Virus record (IMG/VR): IMGVR_UViG_3300025765_000001
Length of the DNA stretch: 64,000 bases
Source of the DNA: a virus
Taxonomy: Duplodnaviria > Heunggongvirae > Uroviricota > Caudoviricetes
Reading direction: 5' to 3' (one strand)
The notes beneath the pieces were generated by a model. The model was given only the letters and a program-made list of their open reading frames with translations, ran no database searches and was not told where the DNA came from. Shown piece by piece: positions 39,301-47,600 of the stretch (position 1 is the stretch's first letter; each line of letters begins with the position of its first letter). Position numbers and translations under genes: made by a program.

Positions 39301-42300
39301 GCACCTGCTACTGCGGCGGTTCAAACTATACCGGTTGCTGGATCGGGCGTAGTTCCTGGCAGCGTCTATATGCAAACGCCTAGTATTCAGGGTGTAATCC
39401 CTCCAGGCCCAATGGCGGCACAACGAGCGGTCCAGACTGCCCCGGCACCAACCGGTCCACTTTCTCAAGCTCTACAACAGAGGGACATGATACCGCAGGC
39501 TGTTACACCTGCCCCGCAGCAGGCGGTTCAGGCTCCACAGCAAGTAGTTCAGACCCCGGCTGGACCGATGACACAGGCTCTACAACAACGAGGCATGATG
39601 CCTACGGCTGTAGCAGCCCCGGCACAGGTTCAACAGAATGTTGTTGTGCCTGCCCCGGCACCCGCTGCCCAGGCCGCAACTGCTCCGACCGTTCCTGGTG
39701 TGTATGGTGCTACTACGTCCGCCGTAGAGTTTGCTCCAGCGACTTCGGTTAGACTGCCAGTTTTGGCCGCTCCGACAGCAGTTTCGAGGGCAGCAGCTAG
39801 CACTCAGACCAATCAGTACGAACAACTGATTGCCGGGCAACACGCTAGAAACGATCAGGCTGTAGTCAATCTACAAGCCGGGACTGTTCAGAGAACAGCG
39901 GCCATGTTGGGACAGCCAGTTCCACCAGCACAACAAATGGCGGGTACTACACCGGCACCTGCCCCGGTGAGAACTTGGAATGATGTAGCTGCAATGCAGG
40001 CCACTCAGGATCAGGGAATCCTATTGAGTCAAATTTCGGCCAACATGGTTCCATCAACCGCCACTCGTGGTTTCGCTCCGCAACAGGGCCAGCCTGTAAG
40101 CACCCAGACGAGTGCTTATGAACAGATGATCGCCAACCACAGGGCGGCTAAAAATCAAGCTGTAGCCAATCTACAAGCTGGAACCGCACAGAGAACGGCT
40201 GCTATGTTAGGCCAACCGCTTCCAGCGGCTACACCTGCCGCAGCAACTACTCCAGCGGTGCCAACGCCTCCAGCTATGCCAATGGCTTCTGCTGCTACTT
40301 TGGCTAACCTCCAATTCCAGAGACCGGGCACGGTCAACCCAGGTACCCAGCTTTACAACGCTGGCACACCAACGGCAGTACCGACGTCAACTGGAGGACA
40401 GCCGCCGCTATCTAACATGTTGAACCCTCTGGCACAAGCACAGAGAAACATGCAAGTTCAGCAGGATGTAAACAACAGGGCACGGTTCGATGCGGCCATG
40501 ACATCTGCACGGCAACAAGCGGCTCTTGCGGCCAGCACTCAGACAAATGCATATGAGCAGATGATTGCTAACCAGCACACGGCTAACAATCAGGCTGTGA
40601 CTAACCTACAAAATGCTACAGCACAAAAGACTGCTGGCATCTTGAATCAGCCTCTACCTGTGACTGCGGCTCAGGCTGTGCCTCCTGCCGCTGTTCAGCA
40701 GGCCGGAAACGTCACCGGCCAGTTGACGGCTTCTCTGCAAGGCCCGAATTCACCTACCCGGCAAATAGTTTCTCAAGCTGCCAGTACCGTTGCAACCTCG
40801 TTGGTCAATCAGGCCAGCAACATGCAAAGTATGGATAGTGTTGTTACAGCCCAGAGAGAAGTTGAGAGAACTGCCAGAGAAACCGAACAGCTAGGTGCCA
40901 AGGCTAATAGCAAGTTGGCCCAGACTGTTACCAACATCAGTAAGAATGCCAGGACTGGAGCATTCGACTCCAATCATGTTGTCACTGACAACATGAAAAT
41001 CACGAAAACTAGGTCCGAGAGCTTTATTACCAGACTATGGGATACGCTGACTGGTATTTCTACACAAAGTAACCAGTTGGCAGAGCAGGCAAACCAGACA
41101 GGTCAAGCCGTACAACAAGCTCAGCAGGCCCAGCAGAACCTACAGCAACAGGTCCAGCAGGCCACGCAGCAACAGCAGGTTTTACAGCAACAGCAACAGC
41201 AACAGGCGTTGAATCAAACGCTACAACAGACCATTCAGCAGGGTGGGGATGCACAGTATGCACAATTGGCACAGCAAGGCGGTCAGGCCAACCAAACCCC
41301 AATGTCGGCTGGCGAGGAAGCGATCAGGCAGGCAGGTGCGAGTTATAACTATCGTCCGCAGGCAAATGTAGATGAAGCTACCAGACAAGCCCTGCTACAG
41401 AAGGGTTATACCGAAGATGGCATTCTAGCTCAATTAGGTCATGCTCAAGGTCCGCAGGCGACCGCTCCGTTGGCAAGTCAACTAAATCCTTTGGCTCAAG
41501 CTCAAAGGGACATACAAGTTCAGACCGATGTGAATAACAGGGCTGCCTTTGACACTGCTATAGCACAAGCACAAGCACAAGCTAACATGGCACGTCCTGC
41601 TGGGCCTGTCGCACCTACTGCTTATGAACAGATAATCGCCAACCACAGGGCGGCTAAAAATCAAGCTGTAGCCAACCAGAGGGCGGCTAACGATCAAGCT
41701 GTAGCCAATCTACAAGCTAGAACGGCTCAAAAAACAGCGGCCATGCTTGGACAGGCTCCGACTACCACCTTTCCAATTCCTGCTCATGCTGAAGGTGGTG
41801 AATTCCTAGTCAACAACCCAAGACTAATCATGGTCGGCGAGAAGGGTCCAGAGCGTGTAAATATAGTTCCGCAACAGATGGCGGCTGCCGCTACCGGTCA
41901 GCCTCTATCGTCTGGTGCGGCTGTAGCCAAGGAGAAGAGCGAGCGTGCTGCTCTAACTGCTCAAACTACATCCGCCATAGCTGATGCTACTAACATGACT
42001 GCCGACGTACAAGGCAGTGTGTGTGCTATACCCCCTGCAATCACCCAGGTAAGTCAATCGGTTTCGGCTATTCCGGCTATCATCCAAGACATAGCTACTC
42101 AGATCACCGAACAGATCGCCGCTATCCCTGTTCAGGCAGAAGCTCCTGAAGCCCAAGTACAGAATCAAGCCGGACAAGCTGCTGCGGCTGAAACGGCCCA
42201 GACAATGGGTGCCGAGCAACAAGCGGCAAATGCAGCTATGGCCGATCAGAGGGCAACACAACAAGCAACTGGCAGGACGAGAGTAAATATACCTCTCGCT

Positions 42301-42753
42301 CCAGTAGAGGTTACCCCAGAGGAACCGGCACTGTTCGGACCACGCAACGTGCCAGCAGCAGGTGCGGTTGTGACTGGTCAACCAGTCAACCCGCAACTTT
42401 CAGAGCCGGTACAGGCAAGGGCAACCTCGCTTGTAGATGAACATGAAAGGATGCAGGAACAGTATGCAAGCGAACAGGCTGGTGCCGATGTTAGCGGTGG
42501 TAACAAAGATTTGGCGGTCATAGCTAATCTAAATGAGCGACAACTTGAGATGTTGTCCACCATCCACGACGATCTGCAAGAGCTTGTTGCTCTATTCCAG
42601 CCAAGCGAGGCATCCGGCGATACTGGCAATATGATGGCTGGTTCTACTAGAACACAAACCCTATCGCCAAAGAACCCATCTGATTACGGCAATTGGCAGT
42701 TCGGTAGATACAACGGTAACGCCAACAAGAACGTATTGAACCCAGGCACATAA
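30325..42753 (+). CDS. Tape measure protein (4142 aa)
   Basis: Very long Ala/Gly-rich helical ORF upstream of the baseplate genes; hydrophobic middle; ~80-aa Trp-containing repeats; AEGG...MVGEKGPE motif. Confidence 0.88.
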   Translation: MAQIEDLLGRVVENTQPIAEMREFLRSLLKAPAPNKTVMPETKGPEEETPTDARRNEILGDIQKILERSEENFKEQMKEGQKAVDDTKALLEEIAAAKAAQGGDKPSTTNVTVVVPAAQPIEAGASGLTDKLLAGLLDIQKNMLRSTLDLNATSRSVEKTLAFLTKEATTQGSIWVKGTVTVLSPTIESGIRSVTEAIKSVKTAMASSPVAMPVPPVATPVPTPPAPAAATKPVTSLLGKLKAMIPAMIRPKAPAPPAPPKPPAPPGGVAPEGGGGKPVKVGVDLPDEKKGKKAADDIGAGFSKGIDDWRAEWKKMLLDPFNIMAKSWMEVQKAIFGGIEEELEYQKQIRAIAFQTQGVTRATEDLQRQFVDLGKTVGETGQNLTAMQQEYLKNLRKGNMSRKQALTMTKIGLNLETMIGAEGQGVSETLYDWSLHLRLSVNQSAQISREVQDVARWTGITGDKLAGAVKKATELAKVLDHAGTATAQSVANLIRLNAIAEKFNVGDAVNDLNSALTSSHTLFMKASPQVQNLLFGATAAVGKLGQLKQGIILQSREGMRDMAQGMEMMLSRFGVTLEEIENLDPERLMRLNLQLGEAYGMQANEIKKVIETYREASKGFGDRMWDINKELENGNLTAQERLKLERDRQQLVMGEGFRFLTMFDEAAKKGGDMASVMANMTGKMSTDIRKDLEQMGVSVTGDAKMMGQIFNLTTKKLKEAGSKVDFTPQIEEAMASGNVIKMREVLEKMNEEQRKLGVETAKKLDPMAEIAHTLNKINEYTRTLGGKMIMGIAALMGPLGIIAFHTGVMAAAMMPSGLFTSLFGKLGGMFKGGAGAAATGAGKAAANVGDGAIALAPAAAQQAIKSTAPTIAKTITPAVTNAATQNASAAITQSTIAASSTVAAKAAPAAAEQMSQALGKAPKGFKFPAMNIKGMGSFAAQLALGALALTAVAVGLVAMALVIIKVTDAILGIGGMDAEKAAKAALNIAALMGAMAVLMGAVTVNAALMTGVGYALTQVEFIAPALIAGALALAVLTPAMILMAVAIIKIADACAGLGVDFKTGLEVARKVGELIGVAALISGAVVAAAAGLTGVGMLYPYVGYMLLGAATLLLLTPAIIKLALAIINLANGLSKGFDPKYGAVVGKQVADILIAAGKITGAILLAGGALVGISLLSILTPFMYIGAVVLYGMTDGIIRLAQAIINLSDKLIKKLKMDPAAVAKTAKQVAVIFEAVGQITSAVTSYAGKLIGLGSMGLLGQIMSLGASQLESIIPKMKKLAIAVATMGAELREATGEMSGEDIVKSVQQMQKVLMAVTAVMSDLIDNVAPMAQSFLWWDSPLEDLEESIDPFVASFKNVGKMFRKLIEVIQSDFGTIRDMADLVPQIQGAGKVLMTVTAVMQDMIDKVTPMADSFLWFDSPLEDLDEAMPSFLSSFKKVGTLFKELLKVVQSSFGPIESVKEIVPVIEGAGKILMTITAVMTDMIEKVAHLADSYLWFDSPLEDLDKAVGPFLASFEKVGGLFKDIMMVVRENFAAAENAKEIVPIVQGAAQILSATAAMVTELADVIPALTDGFLWFYSPVEDLVEGMPAFLDAFEQVGTFFSGIIEVVQQNFTAGEAVKEILPIIQGAAQIIAATTSMVTTLADVIPGLTNGFLWFGSPVKDLKEGMPIFLAAFREVGTFFTNLVAVVQENFGAGEAAKEILPVIQGAASIIAATTNIITQLTQTIPPLTKSFLWSDSPIEDMKEGMPVFLDAFEEVGTFFTNLVDVVQQSFGAGEAVKEIVPMIQGVSQILTAVTDVMNVMTSAIVPLTQGSWFTDSPVENIREAINEFGNFFWAVGNFISTGIVKPIASTFGDAAGLKQVAESAKAMSVVLTSISDVMDTMLYAIVPLTEGSWFSDSPAERILEAKDEFGDFFWSVSSFIASGIIEPIAHSFGEAKDLAPVAETAKAMGVVLQSVAAMMDVLTYSIIPLVSGGWWFSAAPADKIKEYLPKFAAFFWATSGLLRDGIVLPIMMNFGEAKNLEPAAATANAMATVLTSVATVMDTLTKSIIPLTREGWWFKKSPVEKIYEGVIKFSSFFQAIAWFLRMGIVNPIQAYFGDAKELESAAASAQAMAKVIQAIPPMMDAMTPTLSVMTNKSWWSKKTPADKIREAIPLFEPFFLELSRFLRDGIITPIRAYLPNDQEVTSVAQSVVAMATILTEIPKMFAALDPVLRTVTHRDFWSRMTPAERMQKAMPPFKDFFFGLAQFLRDGVITPIRAYLPNDQEVTNVAQSVVAMSTILTEIPKMMAALDPVLSDISDRGSWWFPQRKKSERILKAAKEYQPFFLSLSQFMRDGIVTPIRAYLPNDQEVTSVAASVVAMAKILQEIPKMMTALEGTLSVVSDRGTRWFPKPAKSKRLLAAADEFQPFFFNLAQFLRDGVITPIRAYLPNDQEVTSVAESVVAMAKILEALPKVFDSIMTGLIPLMQADRWTGQVPAHRISAMMPVFNKWFMNISMLLRDGVITPIRAFFPNPQEIQTVAQQIAEMATIIENLSKFLNYVSTKLMIMLTGWWWGESSIVQTASRVSEFSAYFTGIAKGLGEGIIIPIRTTFPQPGELMTIIQQLDGMLQVLDILPVFLNLLSERMKQINEGWWWGLQFQVGSFSTFFSDIATALGMGIIEPIRQFPPAEEINTIVETLDAVSNVLMALPGFLANLATTMQQINQGWWWGMRWDTAVVTYWFGGLVTTINTGIIQPIIPLPSAEDITAQVSKLEALQNVLTLLPTVLDTLAKAMERMNRGWWWDQRWEVRRFGYWFRGMAEAIGGGILTPIRDGLPKTEEVQAAADKMQVLADVMDNLVHVFETLAEVMERFKSGEFEGIKGMADAINPMLEEVKALNLGAFDLNLPKEAMAIGTELKVAKTAFDASLEEGDQVTAAAAEGLKKIGVTASGVGGETAIKEATVAGAAEAADMSAVEEAEKMALELMEVEKLKVEEIVAEKLKIENVEATAPATAAVQTIPVAGSGVVPGSVYMQTPSIQGVIPPGPMAAQRAVQTAPAPTGPLSQALQQRDMIPQAVTPAPQQAVQAPQQVVQTPAGPMTQALQQRGMMPTAVAAPAQVQQNVVVPAPAPAAQAATAPTVPGVYGATTSAVEFAPATSVRLPVLAAPTAVSRAAASTQTNQYEQLIAGQHARNDQAVVNLQAGTVQRTAAMLGQPVPPAQQMAGTTPAPAPVRTWNDVAAMQATQDQGILLSQISANMVPSTATRGFAPQQGQPVSTQTSAYEQMIANHRAAKNQAVANLQAGTAQRTAAMLGQPLPAATPAAATTPAVPTPPAMPMASAATLANLQFQRPGTVNPGTQLYNAGTPTAVPTSTGGQPPLSNMLNPLAQAQRNMQVQQDVNNRARFDAAMTSARQQAALAASTQTNAYEQMIANQHTANNQAVTNLQNATAQKTAGILNQPLPVTAAQAVPPAAVQQAGNVTGQLTASLQGPNSPTRQIVSQAASTVATSLVNQASNMQSMDSVVTAQREVERTARETEQLGAKANSKLAQTVTNISKNARTGAFDSNHVVTDNMKITKTRSESFITRLWDTLTGISTQSNQLAEQANQTGQAVQQAQQAQQNLQQQVQQATQQQQVLQQQQQQQALNQTLQQTIQQGGDAQYAQLAQQGGQANQTPMSAGEEAIRQAGASYNYRPQANVDEATRQALLQKGYTEDGILAQLGHAQGPQATAPLASQLNPLAQAQRDIQVQTDVNNRAAFDTAIAQAQAQANMARPAGPVAPTAYEQIIANHRAAKNQAVANQRAANDQAVANLQARTAQKTAAMLGQAPTTTFPIPAHAEGGEFLVNNPRLIMVGEKGPERVNIVPQQMAAAATGQPLSSGAAVAKEKSERAALTAQTTSAIADATNMTADVQGSVCAIPPAITQVSQSVSAIPAIIQDIATQITEQIAAIPVQAEAPEAQVQNQAGQAAAAETAQTMGAEQQAANAAMADQRATQQATGRTRVNIPLAPVEVTPEEPALFGPRNVPAAGAVVTGQPVNPQLSEPVQARATSLVDEHERMQEQYASEQAGADVSGGNKDLAVIANLNERQLEMLSTIHDDLQELVALFQPSEASGDTGNMMAGSTRTQTLSPKNPSDYGNWQFGRYNGNANKNVLNPGT
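34300..38720 (+). repeat. About 19 degenerate ~240-nt (80-aa) repeats within the tape measure gene
   Basis: FLWFDSP/GSWF/GWWW motifs recur at 34327, 34567, 34807, 35047, 35287, 35527, 35767 ... 38674. Confidence 0.8.
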
Positions 42754-42768
42754 GGAGTGTGATTAGAA

Positions 42769-43302
42769 ATGCCCAAGGCAACAATTCCTGGCGGTGGGTT
42801 AATCAATATCCCGCAATGTTACGTTTTCGTACCAGGATATGGCAACATAATCATAAATAATCTACCCGACATTAGTGATTCAAAGAGTGCGTTGTACAAC
42901 GACGAAACTATTATCGGTAGGTCTTTTCCTATGAAGACTTACTCGCACTCTGAGAACCGGTCTATATCGGTTCAGTTTCACTTCTTCATCGTAGACCAAT
43001 TCGACGCCGCCGAGAACCTACAGAAATTAAGGGCTTTGGCTAGTGCTTGCTATCCAAGAAACGGAGCAGCCGGTGTGCCTTATTTACCTCCTCCTATCTG
43101 TAGGATCAAATGCGGCAGGTTGCTTGCTGACGACGAGTTGTGTGTAATTCTGAAACAATACTCAGTTAAGTTTCCGACCGATGTACCGTGGGACGAAAAC
43201 CTATTTACCCCGTACAAGTTCGATGTGGATACGACGTGGGAAGTAGTCTACACGAGTTTCGATCTACCTGGACAAAACAGAATCTTGAGAACTGGAGGAT
43301 AG
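42769..43302 (+). CDS. Baseplate / tail-tube initiator-like protein
   Basis: IIGRSFPMKTYSHSENRSIS, YLPPPICRIKCG; directly after the tape measure. Confidence 0.6.
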   Translation: MPKATIPGGGLINIPQCYVFVPGYGNIIINNLPDISDSKSALYNDETIIGRSFPMKTYSHSENRSISVQFHFFIVDQFDAAENLQKLRALASACYPRNGAAGVPYLPPPICRIKCGRLLADDELCVILKQYSVKFPTDVPWDENLFTPYKFDVDTTWEVVYTSFDLPGQNRILRTGG

Positions 43303-43303
43303 T

Positions 43304-43636
43304 ATGGCGAACAAAATACTGCTGAGTGATATAAGAACCAGGGATTTGGTCACAGTAACCAGTCGGTATGCCGACTCTAGTGTGATTTACTATGGCGACC
43401 AACACAAAACCACCTTCAAAACCTACAAGAAGAAGGTGCTTAGGGACTCTGCTGCCGATAAGTACATGGAGATCACGGCTGGCTACGAGTATCGTCCAGA
43501 CAAGGTATCACAACTGGCATATGGCACAGTTGATTTTTGGTGGTTGATTATGGAGGCCAACAATATCAAGGATATCTTTGATTTCAAGGTCGGTATCACC
43601 GTTAAAGTTCCCTCGACTATGTTTAGCTTTGGATAA
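43304..43636 (+). CDS. Baseplate wedge gp53/LysM-like protein
   Basis: YEYRPDKVSQLAYGTVDFWWLIMEANNI. Confidence 0.75.
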   Translation: MANKILLSDIRTRDLVTVTSRYADSSVIYYGDQHKTTFKTYKKKVLRDSAADKYMEITAGYEYRPDKVSQLAYGTVDFWWLIMEANNIKDIFDFKVGITVKVPSTMFSFG

Positions 43637-43644
43637 AGGAGACC

Positions 43645-45144
43645 ATGCCACTATTAGCTGGATGTGCTGCAAACTTTGAATGTGAACCCGTCAACTTTCC
43701 GGTTAATGGGCACGTAGTAGGTCCGTGGGTGGTAGTCAGATTTGCAAGCAACGATGGCATGATGATAACTGTAGGCAATCAGTCATTTCCTGGTAGCCCG
43801 CACACAGCTATTGTCAAGAGTTTCGAGTATGGTACATCGAATGGTCACAAAGCAACCATCGAAATAGTAGACGAGGAAGGTGGTGCCTTCAACAAGTTCG
43901 TGGACAAGATCAACAAATGTATCGAACGCACCACCGCCGACACCATTCTTCAATGCCAATGGGGATGGATCAAGGACTTTTGTAGAGGGGGTCCACAGGT
44001 CTATCCTTCTCCTATCGTTACATTGTTACCACTTAACATCGACGTAGCTTTCTCTTCCGGCATTGTAAAGTACACGATCACGGCTGTTGACGGTATGCAA
44101 ACGGTATTCACTGCTAGAGAGGATGAAACTGTTGGTACAGATAGCAACCCGATGCCGTTGAAGCAGGCCATACAAAGTTTTATGAACGATAGAGAGCCTC
44201 GTTTCATCACCGAATTCTTCCGCAAGAACCCAGACGGTTCACTCAGCACATGGGAGTTCCAGCCCAACCCAAGTCAGGCTTGGAAGTGCGACAACCAGAA
44301 CAAGCTCGCATGTGTCCAAAAGTGGATCGAACCTTTCAAAACGGATGGCAACAAAGGAATCATGCCGACTATAGACAACACGGCGAACGCAGGTTTGTTA
44401 CTATTTGGGGCATCTGGATATACGCCAACCGTTATCTTTTGGGAAGACTTAATGCCGGGATGCAATGAAAGCAAAGCATGTGCCCACACGCTAGGCACTT
44501 TCATTGTGAACGGTGGTAGATTTAGCAACGTCATTAGTTTCAACCCAAACATCAACTGGCCTGCTGCCTTCGGCAAGATGTCTCGTGGCGGTAACTCCGG
44601 TGCTGCTGTAACAGGTAGAACCCAAGCTCAAGTACGTAGATGCAATGTACAAGGCGGGCCAACAAGTACAGCCGGTATCCAGCAAAGTATTGCAGTCACC
44701 GATCAGGCTAGAAACACCTTCGGTGAGGATGCCGCTGCTCAACAGGCACAAGGACAAAACGCACACGACAGGGCTAATTCTGTGAACACAGAGGGCCTTC
44801 AACCCATCAATGCAGAACTCAAGATACAAGGCAACCCATATCAGTCATTTGTTGATTTGAAGCTGATTGTAGGAACCACCTGTGCTATCGTGGTCATTAA
44901 CCCTTTCCGTCTAGTAGGTGGAGGCACCGCAGGATTTTGCGAGTGGCTTGCCGAACCTCAATGCAATGAGGTATTGAGTAATAAATCATGGATGGTCAAA
45001 GGAGTGAGCCACTCTATTAAAGAGGGTTCCTACGTCACAACACTGAATCTATTCCTGGCAACTCCAGGCGTGGATATAGACGCTGGACTTCGTTTGGGCG
45101 GTCCTGGCTCTGGAAGTACATTCCAACTCAACAATACATGCTAA
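43645..45144 (+). CDS. Baseplate hub (gp27/VgrG-N-like) protein
   Basis: AELKIQGNP, WMVKGVSHSIKEGSYVTTL; gene position. Confidence 0.65.
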   Translation: MPLLAGCAANFECEPVNFPVNGHVVGPWVVVRFASNDGMMITVGNQSFPGSPHTAIVKSFEYGTSNGHKATIEIVDEEGGAFNKFVDKINKCIERTTADTILQCQWGWIKDFCRGGPQVYPSPIVTLLPLNIDVAFSSGIVKYTITAVDGMQTVFTAREDETVGTDSNPMPLKQAIQSFMNDREPRFITEFFRKNPDGSLSTWEFQPNPSQAWKCDNQNKLACVQKWIEPFKTDGNKGIMPTIDNTANAGLLLFGASGYTPTVIFWEDLMPGCNESKACAHTLGTFIVNGGRFSNVISFNPNINWPAAFGKMSRGGNSGAAVTGRTQAQVRRCNVQGGPTSTAGIQQSIAVTDQARNTFGEDAAAQQAQGQNAHDRANSVNTEGLQPINAELKIQGNPYQSFVDLKLIVGTTCAIVVINPFRLVGGGTAGFCEWLAEPQCNEVLSNKSWMVKGVSHSIKEGSYVTTLNLFLATPGVDIDAGLRLGGPGSGSTFQLNNTC

Positions 45145-45154
45145 GGATAACAAT

Positions 45155-47128
45155 ATGGCTGATAGTATACTTGACCAAGTTGCAGAACTGAATGAGCGTC
45201 TCATGGTCATAGAAGAAAGGTTTGCCGAACTCGGCTATGACATGAGAAAGATGGTGGTATCTGAAACCAATAAGCGGTGGAAGATACAACCCCAGGCTGA
45301 GACCCAATTTGGCTTGTTCACGGCCCTATGCATCGACACTATAGACCCCTGGAAGCAAAACCGGGTCCGATTCTTCAGCCCGTTATTCCACACTAAGGAT
45401 ACGCCCATCAAGGCATTGCCTTGGTGTGATGCCATTTCTGTTCTTGGCGGTTTCGATGACAGCGGCTCGAATTGGGTTCCGCCTGCCGGTTCTACTTTGT
45501 GCATCCTGTTCGAGAACGGCTCTCGTGCAACCCCATTCTATGTTGGGACCACTTGGCATAGAAATAGAGGACCAGACGGGGATCACAATTGGGGTTACCC
45601 CATTCAAGAATACTACGAACTTCATGAAGGCAGAAGGAAGGGTTATCTGGTTGGTCCAAATGACGGCTCTCAGGTGTTACCGCAATGGAATACCGAAAAC
45701 TACAACGGTTTTGACATCACTTCGATAGCCGATTTCGAGGATGACCCAGATGCCCAGGACAAGATCACCAACCCCCACATCTATGGTTTTAAGACCGTAG
45801 GTAAGCACCACTTCAAATTGGTAGATGGCGATCCGAAGTGCAAACACCGATGGGCCAGAGGAGAATGGCAATCGGCGACCGGCAATATCATCATCATGAA
45901 AGACGACCACCTGCGGCCTTGTGGTCAGTGGGCACACCCTCAGTGTGCTTGTGGTGGGGGCGATCTAAGCAAGTGCCCTGAGAAGGACGAAGAAGCTGAT
46001 AAATGCGAACAAGGAGTTTGCGAGAAGCCGAAGTGTGCCAATCCCTACTTCAAGCACGAGAACGAGTGCAGGCTTTATAGAGGCCCGCAAACGCCACAGA
46101 ACAACAAATGCGAACTCTGCCAAAGCGGTATTCAGTTCATGTCTGTTTCAGGCCACACTTTCTGGATGGACGATTCGGTAGAAGAGCCGAAGGGCGAACC
46201 AGATTGGATGAGGGCTATGAGGCCGTTCGATTTTGGCTGCACCGATTTATTCCTTGGAAAAACCGCTTGGGTTTCGGCAACCGGGCACCGTATAGAAATG
46301 AATGACAAGGAGGAAAGGACTCAACTTCGTGGCGAAGAAAACTACATCAGGATCATCAGTGCCAACGGCAACAAGATCGAACTAAATGACCACACAGTAG
46401 GCATCGAGGACTGCCCTGGTTGCCCGCCGAACGTCGCTGGCGAAAAGCGTGGCATCCACCTACAGAGTACCAGCAACCACACGATTGACATGGTTGACGA
46501 AGAGAACGAACAGTGTGCCCCTTGCCGTAGAGAAGGCGGTTTACCGATCAATAAGGCCAAGAAGGGTTACGTTCGCATCAGGACTGGTTACGGTCTAATG
46601 ATAACTATGCAAGATGACTTCAACCAACAGAACACCGAGCAACAGCACATAATGATATTCTGTCCTCACTATGATAATGAAGAACGTGGACCGCACATTA
46701 TGCGGTTCCAAGAAGTGCCAACCGGTCCAGGGTACGTATTTTTGAAGGTGGGTGGAGACTACATATGCATGACATACGACAACCACTTTACTATAGTTGG
46801 CGACCTGGAACAGAACCCGTCGAACAAAATAGTATATGTGACAGACAGTTACTTCGAGATCACGGAACAGATTTACGTCAACATGGCTAAGAATCATATG
46901 TTCATTGCCGACGAAATCATAGCCCTGATCGCTGGAACGGAGCTTGACCCTAGATGTAAAACACCCACTGGCGGCTGTTCCGCCTGCGTGTGGCCTGTGC
47001 TGTGTTTGTCGCCAAAAGGCATCACAATTAGCGATAGAGTATTCGTAAGTGCCTCGCCGGATTCGGCATGTGCAAGCATTATGCAGCTAATTCCGTTCCA
47101 CAAGTGTCCGCCAATGCCAGCTTGCTAA
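45155..47128 (+). CDS. Baseplate spike (gp5/VgrG OB-fold), Cys-rich
   Basis: DPWKQNRVR, WVPPAGS...FENG...PFYVG, repeated SGHT/TGHR/NGNK beta-helix motifs. Confidence 0.75.
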   Translation: MADSILDQVAELNERLMVIEERFAELGYDMRKMVVSETNKRWKIQPQAETQFGLFTALCIDTIDPWKQNRVRFFSPLFHTKDTPIKALPWCDAISVLGGFDDSGSNWVPPAGSTLCILFENGSRATPFYVGTTWHRNRGPDGDHNWGYPIQEYYELHEGRRKGYLVGPNDGSQVLPQWNTENYNGFDITSIADFEDDPDAQDKITNPHIYGFKTVGKHHFKLVDGDPKCKHRWARGEWQSATGNIIIMKDDHLRPCGQWAHPQCACGGGDLSKCPEKDEEADKCEQGVCEKPKCANPYFKHENECRLYRGPQTPQNNKCELCQSGIQFMSVSGHTFWMDDSVEEPKGEPDWMRAMRPFDFGCTDLFLGKTAWVSATGHRIEMNDKEERTQLRGEENYIRIISANGNKIELNDHTVGIEDCPGCPPNVAGEKRGIHLQSTSNHTIDMVDEENEQCAPCRREGGLPINKAKKGYVRIRTGYGLMITMQDDFNQQNTEQQHIMIFCPHYDNEERGPHIMRFQEVPTGPGYVFLKVGGDYICMTYDNHFTIVGDLEQNPSNKIVYVTDSYFEITEQIYVNMAKNHMFIADEIIALIAGTELDPRCKTPTGGCSACVWPVLCLSPKGITISDRVFVSASPDSACASIMQLIPFHKCPPMPAC

Positions 47129-47136
47129 GGATATAG

Positions 47137-47598
47137 ATGAAGGAAAAATTCTTTGGATGTCCATATCCGATTGTTAGAGACCCAAGGGGTCTTCTGAGGA
47201 CTCAGAACGGAGTCCAACAGATCAAATCCGATCTACTGGTGTTGTTGCTGACAAACCCAGGCGAACGGGTAATGCTTCCTGGGTTCGGTACTCCCCTCAG
47301 AAAACTCATGTTCGAGCAGAACGACGAGACGTTAATTGGACTGGCAAGGCAGATGATTATCGACTCTATCAGAACATGGGAACCGAGGGTAACGGTCCAA
47401 CAACTAGAGGTCGGATTTGCCGATGACGATGATGATCTAAATCCGAATGAAGAGGGTGCCAAAGAACACATCCTGTTCATCAAGATACAGTTTGTGGACC
47501 CTGAAAACATAAAGGAAGTGCAGGTTCTAACACTTGAAGTACCATTGGCCGGTAACATCAACCTATCAATCGATCAATCTGCACCGGTCGGAGGTTAA
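47137..47598 (+). CDS. Baseplate wedge gp25/GPW-like protein
   Basis: LLLTNPGERVMLPGFGTPLRKLMFE, WEPRV. Confidence 0.92.
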   Translation: MKEKFFGCPYPIVRDPRGLLRTQNGVQQIKSDLLVLLLTNPGERVMLPGFGTPLRKLMFEQNDETLIGLARQMIIDSIRTWEPRVTVQQLEVGFADDDDDLNPNEEGAKEHILFIKIQFVDPENIKEVQVLTLEVPLAGNINLSIDQSAPVGG

Positions 47599-47600
47599 TA

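Noticed and set aside
40100-41750. Repeated TATGAACAGAT.ATCGCCAACCACAGGGCGGCTAAAAATCAAGCTGTAGCCAA segments as a DGR template/variable pair
   Set aside because: They are in-frame internal protein repeats, I saw no adenine-specific mismatch pattern, and there is no reverse transcriptase in the window
30346-42629. Numerous minus-strand ORFs inside the tape measure gene
   Set aside because: Antisense shadows produced by codon bias
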